Below are positions 30,888-41,011 of a stretch of DNA of 48,262 nucleotides, piece by piece; within the stretch, counting starts at the first letter, position 1, and each line of letters opens with the position of its first letter. The translations under genes and the position numbers were made by a program. The notes beneath the pieces were generated by a model. That model was given only the letters and a program-made list of their open reading frames with translations. It ran no database searches and was not told where the DNA came from. Where the stretch lies: sequence record DRR723986_5340. One strand, given 5' to 3'.

Positions 30888-31406
30888 TTATTTCCCTTTT
30901 AACACTTGTTCCAAGCCTGCTGTAACAAATACCACCCGGTCGGCGACAGCGGCGATGTCCTGATGTAGGCGGCCCGCTTCATCTACAAAGCGGCGAGTCA
31001 GCGCCCCAGTGGGGACAACGCCTTGACCAACTTCATTGCTGACCAGTATCACCTGCCCCGGATTACGCTGGATACACTGCAGAAAACCGGCTCTTACACC
31101 CTGCCATTGCTGCTCATCATCTTTAATGAGCCAGTTGCTCAACCACAGCGTTAAACAGTCTACCAAGATGCATCGGTTTTCAGCGGCGTGTTCGGCAATG
31201 GCTTGGCAAAGCTGCTCAGGCGCTTCAACGGTGTGCCAACCGCAGCCTGCACGCTGCTGCCGATGATGGGCAATACGTGCAGCCATTTCAGCATCCCCCG
31301 CGGTTGCTGTGGCGATGTAGATCAATTCCCGGCCACTGTCGCAGGCGCGCTGTTCCGCCAAGCGGCTTTTGCCAGACCGCGCACCACCTAAATATAATTC
31401 CAGCAC
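30888..31406 (-). CDS. cobU: Bifunctional adenosylcobinamide kinase/guanylyltransferase
   Basis: GTG at 31406 with RBS aggag. GGARSGKS, DCLTLWLSN and VSNEVG. Confidence 0.95.
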   Translation of the reverse strand: MLELYLGGARSGKSRLAEQRACDSGRELIYIATATAGDAEMAARIAHHRQQRAGCGWHTVEAPEQLCQAIAEHAAENRCILVDCLTLWLSNWLIKDDEQQWQGVRAGFLQCIQRNPGQVILVSNEVGQGVVPTGALTRRFVDEAGRLHQDIAAVADRVVFVTAGLEQVLKGK

Positions 31407-31534
31407 CCTGACTCCTATTATCGTTTTTATGGGCACTCGGCTGCCCAGTTTCTGTAAGTCACGTATACTTACGCCGGCAGCGAAATTCCGCACCGGCACG
31501 TCATTCTACAAGACAGCAGTCAGCAGAGGGAAAT

Positions 31535-32089
31535 ATGGGACACCGTTTATCCAAGATTTATACCCGCACCGGAGACGATGGGACAACGGGCTTGGGCGAC
31601 GGCTCGCGGATTGACAAAGATCACGCCAGAATGGAGGCGATAGGCACGGTAGATGAGCTCAATTCACAAGTGGGCGTACTGATTGCCGAACTCCCCGAGC
31701 AAGACGACTACGCTCACCTACTGGCACGCATTCAGCACGACCTTTTCGACCTTGGCGGTGAACTCGCTGTACCGGGCTACACCCTGGTTAGTGCAGAGCG
31801 CATCGGCGAACTTGAAGAGAGCCTGGACACCCTCAACGACGACCTGCCGCCACTGAAGAACTTTATCTTACCCGGCGGCAATAAACCGGCCGCTGCCTGC
31901 CACCTTGCCCGAGCCATTTGCCGTCGCGCGGAGCGCAGCCTTGTTGCCCTGCACCGCGAGACAGCCATCAACGACACTAGCAGGCAATACCTCAATCGCC
32001 TCTCTGACTTTTTATTTGTGATGGCGCGATTACTTGCGCGCCGCAATGGCGACAATGAAGTACTTTGGCAACCCGCCGATAAACGCTAA
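31535..32089 (+). CDS. pduO: PduO-type cob(I)alamin adenosyltransferase
   Basis: KIYTRTGDDGTT, GTVDELNS, FILPGG and YLNRLSDFLF. Confidence 0.93.
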   Translation: MGHRLSKIYTRTGDDGTTGLGDGSRIDKDHARMEAIGTVDELNSQVGVLIAELPEQDDYAHLLARIQHDLFDLGGELAVPGYTLVSAERIGELEESLDTLNDDLPPLKNFILPGGNKPAAACHLARAICRRAERSLVALHRETAINDTSRQYLNRLSDFLFVMARLLARRNGDNEVLWQPADKR

Positions 32090-32090
32090 C

Positions 32091-32969
32091 TCACCACAGC
32101 CAGGCCGCACCGCGAACGCCGCTGCTATCACCGTAGCGCGCGGGCAATAATTGCGTGCGGCATTGGTCACTAAATACCCACTTGCCCCATAATTCAGGCA
32201 CCTTGGTATAGAGCAGTGGAATATTAGAAAGGCCACCGCCTAACACAATCGCTTCTGGGTCGACCGTATTGATGACTGATGCCAGGGCTCTGGCCAGCTT
32301 TTCGCAGTAATCGTCAAGCTGCTTACGAGCGCGCTCGCTACCGGCTTCGGCGTCAGCCACAATGCCTTGTACGTTGGCAGCACACCCCTGATTCCGCTGG
32401 TAACTCTGCAGCAGACCTGCGCCGCTGAGGTAGGTTTCTATGCAGTCGCGGCGACCACAATAACACTGACGCCCCTCGTCAGCGCCTGGCATAAGGTTAT
32501 GCCCCCACTCTCCCCCGATGGCATTTGCGCCCACGTGAAGCTGCTTAGAAAACACTAAGCCACCGCCAACGCCGGTCCCAATAATGACACCAAAGACACT
32601 GCTCGCATTCTGCCCCGCGCCGTCAACCGCCTCAGACAAGGCGAAACAGTTCGCATCGTTCGCCAGGCGCAGCGGGCGCTGCATCAACGCCTCTAAATCC
32701 CGCTGTAGCGCTTGCCCGTTCAAACAGGTGGTATTGCAATTTTTCATCCTGCCGTCGACCGCTGAGGCGGCGCCCGGCGTGCCAATACCAATACTGCCCG
32801 CCTGGCCGAGCGTCGTTTCAACGCGTTCAACAAGGTCGGCAATAGCACGGAGAATGACGGCGTAATTATCGCGAGGAGTCGGCGTGCGTTGCCGGTAAAG
32901 AATGTCGCCGCCGTCGTCCATGGCGACGGCCTCAATTTTGGTGCCGCCGAGATCAATGCCAATACGCAT
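32091..32969 (-). CDS. ROK family sugar kinase (Mak/NagK-like)
   Basis: GIDLGGTK, ANDANCFALSE, GTGVGGG and GEWGH..CYCG..CIE. Confidence 0.9.
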   Translation of the reverse strand: MRIGIDLGGTKIEAVAMDDGGDILYRQRTPTPRDNYAVILRAIADLVERVETTLGQAGSIGIGTPGAASAVDGRMKNCNTTCLNGQALQRDLEALMQRPLRLANDANCFALSEAVDGAGQNASSVFGVIIGTGVGGGLVFSKQLHVGANAIGGEWGHNLMPGADEGRQCYCGRRDCIETYLSGAGLLQSYQRNQGCAANVQGIVADAEAGSERARKQLDDYCEKLARALASVINTVDPEAIVLGGGLSNIPLLYTKVPELWGKWVFSDQCRTQLLPARYGDSSGVRGAAWLW

Positions 32970-32971
32970 GC

Positions 32972-33010
32972 CTAGGGCCTGTTAACACTCATTGTTTTAG
33001 CACGCCCTAG
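32972..33010. repeat. 39-bp CTAG-bounded imperfect palindrome, possible MITE/IS remnant
   Basis: CTAGGGC-c-TGTTAA...TTAGCA-c-GCCCTAG. Confidence 0.4.
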
Positions 33011-33858
33011 AACAACTGCATTAACGCCATCACGGCGATCCAACACAGTAGGCTGCGAGAAAGTAACTGCTGCACTTTTTGCAACTCTTGCGCCGCCTGC
33101 TGAACGAATTGATCACCATCGAGCTCAGCGTTCACCGCTGATGCCATAGAACAGCTTCCCAGCTCATCCAGGTAAGCGTCGCTGGGTAGATCCCCCAGCA
33201 CCATAGCCCGCCATTTCCCAAAGCACCCCTCGAAATCGCCAATCAGTGCAAAGGCAAAGCCGAGCAGGCGAGCGGGCAACCACTCCAGGTAGTAGAGTAA
33301 GTTTTTACTTAAATCCCGCTCTTGCTGACTGGCAAGGGCGTCTTGCGCGGTCATGAATACCAAACGGTAGAGCAATGCCGCTGCCGGTCCCAAGGCAAAA
33401 AACCAAAACACCACCGCAAACCAGCGCTCAAACCCCTGATAGAACACTGCCTTGCGCACGGCGTTGTGCATTTGCAGGGCATTGTCTGCACCGCTGTCAC
33501 AGAGTTCCTCGCTAAAGTGCTGGCCATAGAGGAAGGCCCCTTCTAGATCTCCGCGCTGCCAGCTGTTTAGGTAGAGGCGCAGCTGTATTTGAAAGTCTCC
33601 CCTTCCCAGGCTGTATAGCAATACCGCCACGCTAATTAAGAACAGCGGTAAGCCAAAAACGAGCGGAGCAATCAACCACAACAGCAGCGCCAGTAATAAC
33701 ACCGGCACTAACACAAACAGCCCCAAACGAAGAGCAGGACTGGCAAACCCTTTCAGCAGCTGGCGGTATTGCACCACCCAACTATCGCGCTGGAACAGTT
33801 CCGCGCTACCCCAGAACTGTACCGCACCCCAAGCGATCAAAATCGCGAAAAATTCCAT
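33007..33858 (-). CDS. ampE: AmpE regulatory membrane protein
   Basis: LLYSLGRG, FERWFAVVFWF and WLPARLLG. Follows ampD. Confidence 0.88.
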   Translation of the reverse strand: MEFFAILIAWGAVQFWGSAELFQRDSWVVQYRQLLKGFASPALRLGLFVLVPVLLLALLLWLIAPLVFGLPLFLISVAVLLYSLGRGDFQIQLRLYLNSWQRGDLEGAFLYGQHFSEELCDSGADNALQMHNAVRKAVFYQGFERWFAVVFWFFALGPAAALLYRLVFMTAQDALASQQERDLSKNLLYYLEWLPARLLGFAFALIGDFEGCFGKWRAMVLGDLPSDAYLDELGSCSMASAVNAELDGDQFVQQAAQELQKVQQLLSRSLLCWIAVMALMQLF

Positions 33859-33893
33859 AGTTAATTTCCACTCATTACCGCTACAGGAAGGCG

Positions 33894-34448
33894 TTAAGCT
33901 AACAAGGCGCGCAATTTGTCCCAGTTAAAGGCCGGCCCCGGATCGGTTTTTCTTCCGGGCGCAACATCACAGTGCCCAACGATACGCTCTAGATTAATTT
34001 TTGGAAACCGCTGACGCAAGGCGCGCGTGACTGCCGCCAGCTCGTGGTACTGCCGCTCGGTATAGGGGCGGTGGTCTTCACCCTCCAGCTCAATGCCAAT
34101 ACTAAAGTCGTTGCAGTTGTCCCGGCCACAAAATTGCGACACCCCCGCATGCCAGGCGCGATCTAGCAGGGAGACAAACTGGAAGCACTCGCCTTCTCGG
34201 TCAATGAATAAGTGCGCCGAGACCTTCAACTCCTGAACATCGGCCAGCGCCGGATCCTGACTGCAGTCCAAGGTATTACAAAAAAACTGCGGCACGCAGC
34301 CTGTGCCAAACTGCCCGGGTGGCAGGCTGATATTATGGATGAGCAGAAGGTCAATCTCCTCCCCTTCGGGGCGAGCATTGAAGTTTTCGGAGGGGGTTTT
34401 GCGGGCGTGTTCAAACCACCCATTTTTATCAATCGTGTACATCTGCAC
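33894..34448 (-). CDS. ampD: 1,6-anhydro-N-acetylmuramyl-L-alanine amidase
   Basis: IHNISLPPG, VSAH, RAWHAG, CNDFSIGIELEG and GRKTDPG. Confidence 0.96.
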   Translation of the reverse strand: MQMYTIDKNGWFEHARKTPSENFNARPEGEEIDLLLIHNISLPPGQFGTGCVPQFFCNTLDCSQDPALADVQELKVSAHLFIDREGECFQFVSLLDRAWHAGVSQFCGRDNCNDFSIGIELEGEDHRPYTERQYHELAAVTRALRQRFPKINLERIVGHCDVAPGRKTDPGPAFNWDKLRALLA

Positions 34449-34565
34449 TCCCGCGTTTCTGCGGGAAAGTGTAACAGGCCATGAGAAATTTAGTGAGGCC
34501 GGACAAGCCCAGCCGCGCAGTACTTAAGGCGCCTCTGATTAATTCGGTGATAACTCAGAGATGCC

Positions 34566-36830
34566 TTAACTTAGCGGCTTGTCGTGCATGTCGCGCAGGT
34601 TACTAATCACCGACTCCAGTGCCCGGTCAAACATTCTGTCGTCTTCAATCAGCACGATATCGCCGTCAACCACTGCTGATCGCAGGGTATCCATATCGTA
34701 TTCAGCGACTTTAATTCCAGCGCGATTGACGAAGATGTACTTACCAATGCCGTTAATCACTGCCGCCAAGCGGCAACGCAGCATTTTTCCGTCGTCTTGA
34801 CGCAAGTCCACCCAGTTGCCAACGCGCAAGGCCTCAAGCGCCGCGGCGGTGCTTGCCGCATCGTCAATCGGCGACTCATTTGAACCTAACTCAGGCTCAA
34901 CCGCCTCATCGGCAGTAACGTTTTCCGTTGATACCACCGCTGGCTCATCCAGCTCTGCCAAGGCGGCGTCCAAATCTTCTAATGCTTGCTCTTCATCTGC
35001 CGCGCGCGGTGCCGACGTCGCCTCATTGCGGCTTAATTTGGCTAGATGTAAACGCTCAAGCTGCTCAAACCACTTACCGGTTTCGAACGCATTTAGCGAC
35101 ACCCGATTAAACCCGAGTCGAAGCGTTTCAATCAGCACCGGAAGCGCGGTAATCAGCTCATTGCGGTGCTCGGCTTCATTATTTGGGGCAACGCTCCACA
35201 AAAAGCGCTCAACAAATTGCACTTCGTCTTTGAAACTTGCGCTCTCGGGACCAGACTGCACATAGCTTAGGAACAGTACTTTGCTCCAGCCGTCTAACAA
35301 GACTTTGCGGGCCACCGGAGGGTAATCCGCCTCGCTGAGCTTGTCTTCCAGCAAGCCGGAAATATATGAGCGCGCCGCCTGGGCAGTTGCCCGACCGCCC
35401 TCTGCGTTGATTGTGCGCTGAGCCACCAACTCGGCGCGACGCTGGGCCTTTTCCTGAAATTTACCAAACTCCGTCAAAACGTCGACGAAAACCTGAGTAT
35501 CTACACCGAAGTCACCCAGAATACGCATGACGACTTCTTCGAGCTTTTTATACAGCGGGTCTTTTTCGGGTGTGGAAACAGGCGACCAACCAATACCCGC
35601 GCCAACAATCGCACTGAGCAACTTTCTGGCCGGGTGCTCTTCTCGACTAAAGAAGCTCTTATCCAGCATCGCCATTTTTAGAATCGGGATCTGCAAGTGA
35701 GCCAACAAGCGCTTGAGAGGATCGGAAAGCCCATCGCCTTCGAGCATGTACTGGAATAAGGTACCGACGAAATGCACGGTATCCTGATCCCTCTCGAGGG
35801 AGAGCGCCGACGCATCATTTTGCGAAACCCGGCTCACTTCGCGTAGCCGGGAAACCAGCTTTTGCGAAATCTCCAGAAATGCGTGACTGTCGTTTGCCGC
35901 CCCCCGGGTTTTCAAGTGGCTAAACTGCTCGTCCTGCATATCTTGCAGGGCGACCATAAACGACGGCTTGGAAAGGGTCGCCGACTCATTCGCAGAGGCC
36001 TGTTGAAAGACCTCGTCCATGGCATCGACCAATTGATTTACCAACTCAGCAGCCGGCCGCGAATTCCCTTCATCCACAGCCCCGGAGGACTCCGTTGCCG
36101 CCGAGGACTCATCTTCGCGCTGCCGAGGCTCAGGTTGCTCTGATTCCAAGGCGACGCCGCTTGTCTCCAACACCGGCAGCATCAAATCAAACAGCTCGCC
36201 ATAGCGGGAGATGATTTGGCTGTCGAACATCTTAAACAGTATTAAACGGGCTTTGATATCGATATTCAGGTCGCGGCATGCCTCACTGAAGGCCTTGGCA
36301 ATTTTTGCCGGCCCCATTGGCAACTCCGCCGCACTGATACTTTCGCCACCAACACTGTGTTGCCAGGCAACACTCAACTGCCACAATTGTTGCAAGTGCT
36401 GGCGCTCGGCCTTCTTCGCCATGCCTTCAATAGCAACCAGCTCTTCCAGAGCATCTGACTCAAGCAGCTTTAACTTAGCTCGACCTCGGTCTACAGCACC
36501 GTTGACGGCGGCGTTCAGCTGATCCGTAAAATTGTCGCGAAGTTTTGTGCTAAATTTTTGCTCTATCACTTGGCGATGAACGCGAATTTCACGCATCGAG
36601 TCAAAATACAGATGCTGTTCTTTCGCACTGCTCGCTTCATCCGCAAGCTCAAAGAGCGTGTCATCGACATCGTCCAATAAGCTGGTAAGACGCTCTGCCA
36701 AGAATAACTGACATTTCTCACGCAGGGCCGCCATACCGGCAGGCAACTCGGCCACACTGACGTCAGCGGCGCCGGGTGTCGGGTCTCTGCGTGTGGTTAA
36801 ATCCACAACATTGTTGGGTTTATCAGTCAT
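34566..36830 (-). CDS. DUF1631 family protein
   Basis: LQIPILKMAMLD..FF...HPARKLL and a C-terminal VG.WV..RCRLAA..YIFVNR domain. Conserved position between ampD and nadC. Confidence 0.85.
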   Translation of the reverse strand: MTDKPNNVVDLTTRRDPTPGAADVSVAELPAGMAALREKCQLFLAERLTSLLDDVDDTLFELADEASSAKEQHLYFDSMREIRVHRQVIEQKFSTKLRDNFTDQLNAAVNGAVDRGRAKLKLLESDALEELVAIEGMAKKAERQHLQQLWQLSVAWQHSVGGESISAAELPMGPAKIAKAFSEACRDLNIDIKARLILFKMFDSQIISRYGELFDLMLPVLETSGVALESEQPEPRQREDESSAATESSGAVDEGNSRPAAELVNQLVDAMDEVFQQASANESATLSKPSFMVALQDMQDEQFSHLKTRGAANDSHAFLEISQKLVSRLREVSRVSQNDASALSLERDQDTVHFVGTLFQYMLEGDGLSDPLKRLLAHLQIPILKMAMLDKSFFSREEHPARKLLSAIVGAGIGWSPVSTPEKDPLYKKLEEVVMRILGDFGVDTQVFVDVLTEFGKFQEKAQRRAELVAQRTINAEGGRATAQAARSYISGLLEDKLSEADYPPVARKVLLDGWSKVLFLSYVQSGPESASFKDEVQFVERFLWSVAPNNEAEHRNELITALPVLIETLRLGFNRVSLNAFETGKWFEQLERLHLAKLSRNEATSAPRAADEEQALEDLDAALAELDEPAVVSTENVTADEAVEPELGSNESPIDDAASTAAALEALRVGNWVDLRQDDGKMLRCRLAAVINGIGKYIFVNRAGIKVAEYDMDTLRSAVVDGDIVLIEDDRMFDRALESVISNLRDMHDKPLS

Positions 36831-37220
36831 TTTGATTTCTGCCAGCCATCTGTCGAACTGCTAGTATTCTATTTGTACGTTGTATCTCGATATGCGATGG
36901 CAATGTATTGGAAACCCACCGCTCGGGACACGACCTTAGCCGTCCTTGCTTGCTTCAACCCTTCCTAGGTCACACAGTTATACCAAAGTGTCGTTGAGTC
37001 GTCAGTAGCGAATTATGCATATCTGCGCACTCAACTACACCTATACCTCCCATCTTGGTAAACTCCGCCTGCGTCGCGCATCCGCAACCTTTCACTTAGG
37101 CGTTTTATAGCAGCTGCCATTTCCCAGCGACCAGCGCGGGAAACTACCTAGAAGACTAGGGGCAACTGTGTTGTTGCCAGCGGAATCGCCATAAATTTTT
37201 ATCAGTAAATTTGCCATTGA

Positions 37221-38072
<852 letters not shown>

Positions 38073-38096
38073 GCCTTTTTTAAAAAATTGAGCAGG

Positions 38097-40085
38097 TCAT
38101 GGCACGAGCTTACTTTCATGCACTTCTGTATTGAACGCGCGTGTTTTGTCTTTTTCGGCTAACAGCGCTTTGAAAGACATATGCATTGGGTTCTCAACCA
38201 CAGAAGCGGAAGCGCTTTGCCCCGCCACCACGCTATTATTCTCAAATGCCACCATATTAAAGGCCTCATCTAACAAATTGATGTCGAGCGGCACGTCGTA
38301 ATATTCGCTCTCAAAGCCCACAGCATCTGAAATACCATAGCATTTATAACTATCGTTATACTCGGAAACACCGATACTAGACATGGTTAAACATGATTGG
38401 TACGCCTTTTCACAGGAAACGCGATCGGGCACGCAAATCTTATCATCTAGCCTTACAGCGATATCCCCACCCTTCATCATAACCGCCCAAGGCTCTTTCA
38501 CTTTTCTCAGAGCATCCTTTCCAATACCGTTAACCTGGGACGACTTCACACCGACCAGAGCGAGGATTGTGGGCATAATGTCTACTTGGCTCGCCACTTG
38601 GTCGACAATCACACCCTCTGGATTGTTGGGGTGGTAGATTAATAATGGTACGCGAAAGAAATCTTCCGTTTTCTGAGCAACATGCTTATCTTCATCATCA
38701 AAAACCCAAACACCATGGTCACCAGTGACTACTAATATCGTGTTCTTGTCTAACCCAGACTCTTCAAATCGCTCCAAGAATTTTCCGAGGGCGTAATCAC
38801 TATAGAAAATAGCATTTTCATAATTTTTATAGACGCTCTCTTCCTCAAACTCTATGTGAGCACCCTCATTCGGAACACCTATCGGCCAATCATACCTAAA
38901 AGGATAGTGAGCACTTATGGTCATTACATTGGAGAAAAATAAACGATCCCCATAATTTTTAACACGCTCAAAAAAATAGTCATACATCTGCTCATCTGAC
39001 ACCCCCCAACCAATAACTTCGCGACGACCGACCTCCCCGCTCTCTAGCAAATCCGCATAAAAATTTAGTTCATCAAACCCAATATTAGGAAAATACTCCG
39101 CTCGATTATAAAAACGGCTGTGATTTGCATGAAAATATGACGAACTATAACCCAGCTCTTTCAAAACGTGCGGCAAACATCGTAAAGCCTTATCAAACTC
39201 ATATTCGGCAATAGATAGCTTTGCATTATGGTCAAAAAAGCTGCAAAGTATTGCGTTCTCACCCTTTATCGTAAAATTTGAGTTCGCATAAAAATTTCTA
39301 AACAAATAAGATTTTTTCGCTAGCTTATCGAAATTCGGAGTCAATCCTCTTTTACTGCCATACTCTCCCACAAAAGACGACCGAAATGACTCTAGCGTTA
39401 ATATAATAATATTTAGCTTTTCTTGCCCCTCTGCTAGCCCCTTATCCTTTATTAAAGGGTCATTCATTGACTTGAACTTTGACCAACCGTCACTCGGGCT
39501 AACACCTCTCTGGCCATATGAATAAAAAAATGCGTGAACGGGGCTAATTATGTACGGCGAGAGTGTAAAAAGATTCCTCTTTTCCAGTTCGTTATATTTA
39601 GTGTCGATATATACCTTTGCGGGAACAGTAATAGCACTAAATACAAAAAATGCACAAACCGCGGCGCTACGACTTACACCGCCCCGCCTCAATAAGAAAA
39701 AGGTAATCAACAGAAAAGAACTGATCAACGCCTGCCACATCGACTGCGAGATATAATCGAAATCAGCAGCAGACTTCAAGCCACTGCGGCCGTCTCGTAA
39801 AAAAGACAAGTGCTCAAAATTAAAATATGACCGAAAGTATTGGAATATCCACCAATTTCCGACAGTCAACATCAAATAGATAAAGCAGCTCGCTGAAAAA
39901 ACAACTGCAGCTAGGCGACTATTTTTTATCGTCAGGCAAAGCAGCATTAATAAAATAAGGACGCCAGAGCTGTATAATGTGCTAATCAACCCCAAGTGAG
40001 AAGGATTCGGCAAACCAAAATAAGAGGTTGCCGTAAAAAGGGAGATGGCAACCATGCCACACAGAAATAAGAGCCTGTTACGCAT
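38097..40085 (-). CDS. LTA synthase/MdoB-like membrane phosphotransferase (alkaline phosphatase/sulfatase superfamily)
   Basis: About 5 N-terminal TM helices. NIIILTLESF, FT(I)KGE nucleophile region, FYNR, TISAHYPF, YSD..LG, TGDHG and SQVDIMPT motifs. AT-rich. Confidence 0.85.
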   Translation of the reverse strand: MRNRLLFLCGMVAISLFTATSYFGLPNPSHLGLISTLYSSGVLILLMLLCLTIKNSRLAAVVFSASCFIYLMLTVGNWWIFQYFRSYFNFEHLSFLRDGRSGLKSAADFDYISQSMWQALISSFLLITFFLLRRGGVSRSAAVCAFFVFSAITVPAKVYIDTKYNELEKRNLFTLSPYIISPVHAFFYSYGQRGVSPSDGWSKFKSMNDPLIKDKGLAEGQEKLNIIILTLESFRSSFVGEYGSKRGLTPNFDKLAKKSYLFRNFYANSNFTIKGENAILCSFFDHNAKLSIAEYEFDKALRCLPHVLKELGYSSSYFHANHSRFYNRAEYFPNIGFDELNFYADLLESGEVGRREVIGWGVSDEQMYDYFFERVKNYGDRLFFSNVMTISAHYPFRYDWPIGVPNEGAHIEFEEESVYKNYENAIFYSDYALGKFLERFEESGLDKNTILVVTGDHGVWVFDDEDKHVAQKTEDFFRVPLLIYHPNNPEGVIVDQVASQVDIMPTILALVGVKSSQVNGIGKDALRKVKEPWAVMMKGGDIAVRLDDKICVPDRVSCEKAYQSCLTMSSIGVSEYNDSYKCYGISDAVGFESEYYDVPLDINLLDEAFNMVAFENNSVVAGQSASASVVENPMHMSFKALLAEKDKTRAFNTEVHESKLVP

Positions 40086-40128
40086 GTAATACGCCCAAGG
40101 AAGCTATAACTCGATTGTGCAAAGGTAC

Positions 40129-40155
40129 AAAAAAGGCGCCCAGCAGGCGCCTTTT
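40129..40155. terminator. pilA terminator (bidirectional)
   Basis: aaaaaa-ggcgcc-cagca-ggcgcc-tttt. Confidence 0.85.
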
Positions 40156-40173
40156 ACAGATTTTCGCCATATA

Positions 40174-40677
40174 TTAGTTAGCGGCGAAAGTTCCTGTAGG
40201 TGCAGTGTCATAATTATGAGAACACGAACCAGGCATCAACTTACGAAGCTCATCGGAGCTTGCACCGCAACGCCACTGATTTACTGAATCGCCGAAATCA
40301 TTAGTAGTCATAGCCGTTGAGTCATCAGACATTGGCTCCATGTAGACATAATCGCCGTCTATCGTAGAATCAATATTATCAACTTCAACTCGTACTGCAC
40401 CCGCAGCAGTCGTAGCGATACTTGCTACATATTTTGTTGTTGGTACAGAAGATTCACACCCCCAGTTACCTGCGATCAGTGAGGTAGCGCTAGGAGCTGA
40501 CTGGTACTTTTCGGTAATAGTGGTACGACAAGAGCTTGCCGCCAAAGTAATTTCAGAAAGCTTCGCCTTCTTTGTGTAGTCTTGATAGGCAGGCAACGCA
40601 ACTGCCGCCAAAATACCGATGATCGCTACAACAATCATCAATTCAATCAAGGTAAAGCCCTGTTGTGCTTGTTTCAT
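40174..40677 (-). CDS. pilA: Type IVa major pilin
   Basis: [34 protein letters not shown] with a C-terminal disulfide loop. Divergent from pilB. Confidence 0.96.
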   Translation of the reverse strand: MKQAQQGFTLIELMIVVAIIGILAAVALPAYQDYTKKAKLSEITLAASSCRTTITEKYQSAPSATSLIAGNWGCESSVPTTKYVASIATTAAGAVRVEVDNIDSTIDGDYVYMEPMSDDSTAMTTNDFGDSVNQWRCGASSDELRKLMPGSCSHNYDTAPTGTFAAN

Positions 40678-40734
40678 AATCTTCTCCAAATACTTATTTA
40701 TCTCGATTGATTGTAATCAACCTGGTTAGCGAGC

Positions 40735-40752
40735 AGCATTTATCGTGCCAAA
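40735..40752 (-). promoter_or_regulatory. Sigma-54 promoter of pilA
   Basis: Minus strand TTTGGCACGATAAATGCT (GG-N10-GC). Confidence 0.85.
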
Positions 40753-40801
40753 TAATATCCCGCGCAGTTCAAGCGCTCTTTGCTCACCAAACCCCAAAGA
40801 C

Positions 40802-40838
40802 TGACAAAATTCGTCACTATTCATCCGATTTTCGTCAC
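40802..40838. promoter_or_regulatory. Putative PilR upstream activator sites
   Basis: TGAC-N7-GTCA palindrome, and TTCGTCAC repeated 21 bp apart, upstream of the sigma-54 promoter. Confidence 0.5.
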
Positions 40839-41011
40839 CCCTGGACAATTCTCCACCGAGCGGGCAAACACCTAGCGCAGCGATAGACAACATACTTTCC
40901 CCAATGGAACCGCGCCTTTTATACTCCCTATCCAACAACCCGAGCGAGCGTGCTAGAGTACTGTATGCATTTCGATATTTCTCTATCCAATACCAAGAAA
41001 AAGAACGGCTT

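Noticed and set aside
34468-34480. AGTGTAACAGGCC as an inverted partner of the 32975 motif, which would make ampDE a composite element
   Set aside because: It is better explained as the ampD -10 element (TACACT on the minus strand; a similar motif precedes yajQ). There is no transposase, and ampDE are core genes.
38073-38096. tRNA-Thr expected between nadC and the pilin cassette, as in P. aeruginosa
   Set aside because: The spacer is only 24 bp, and I saw no tRNA fold here or elsewhere in the window.
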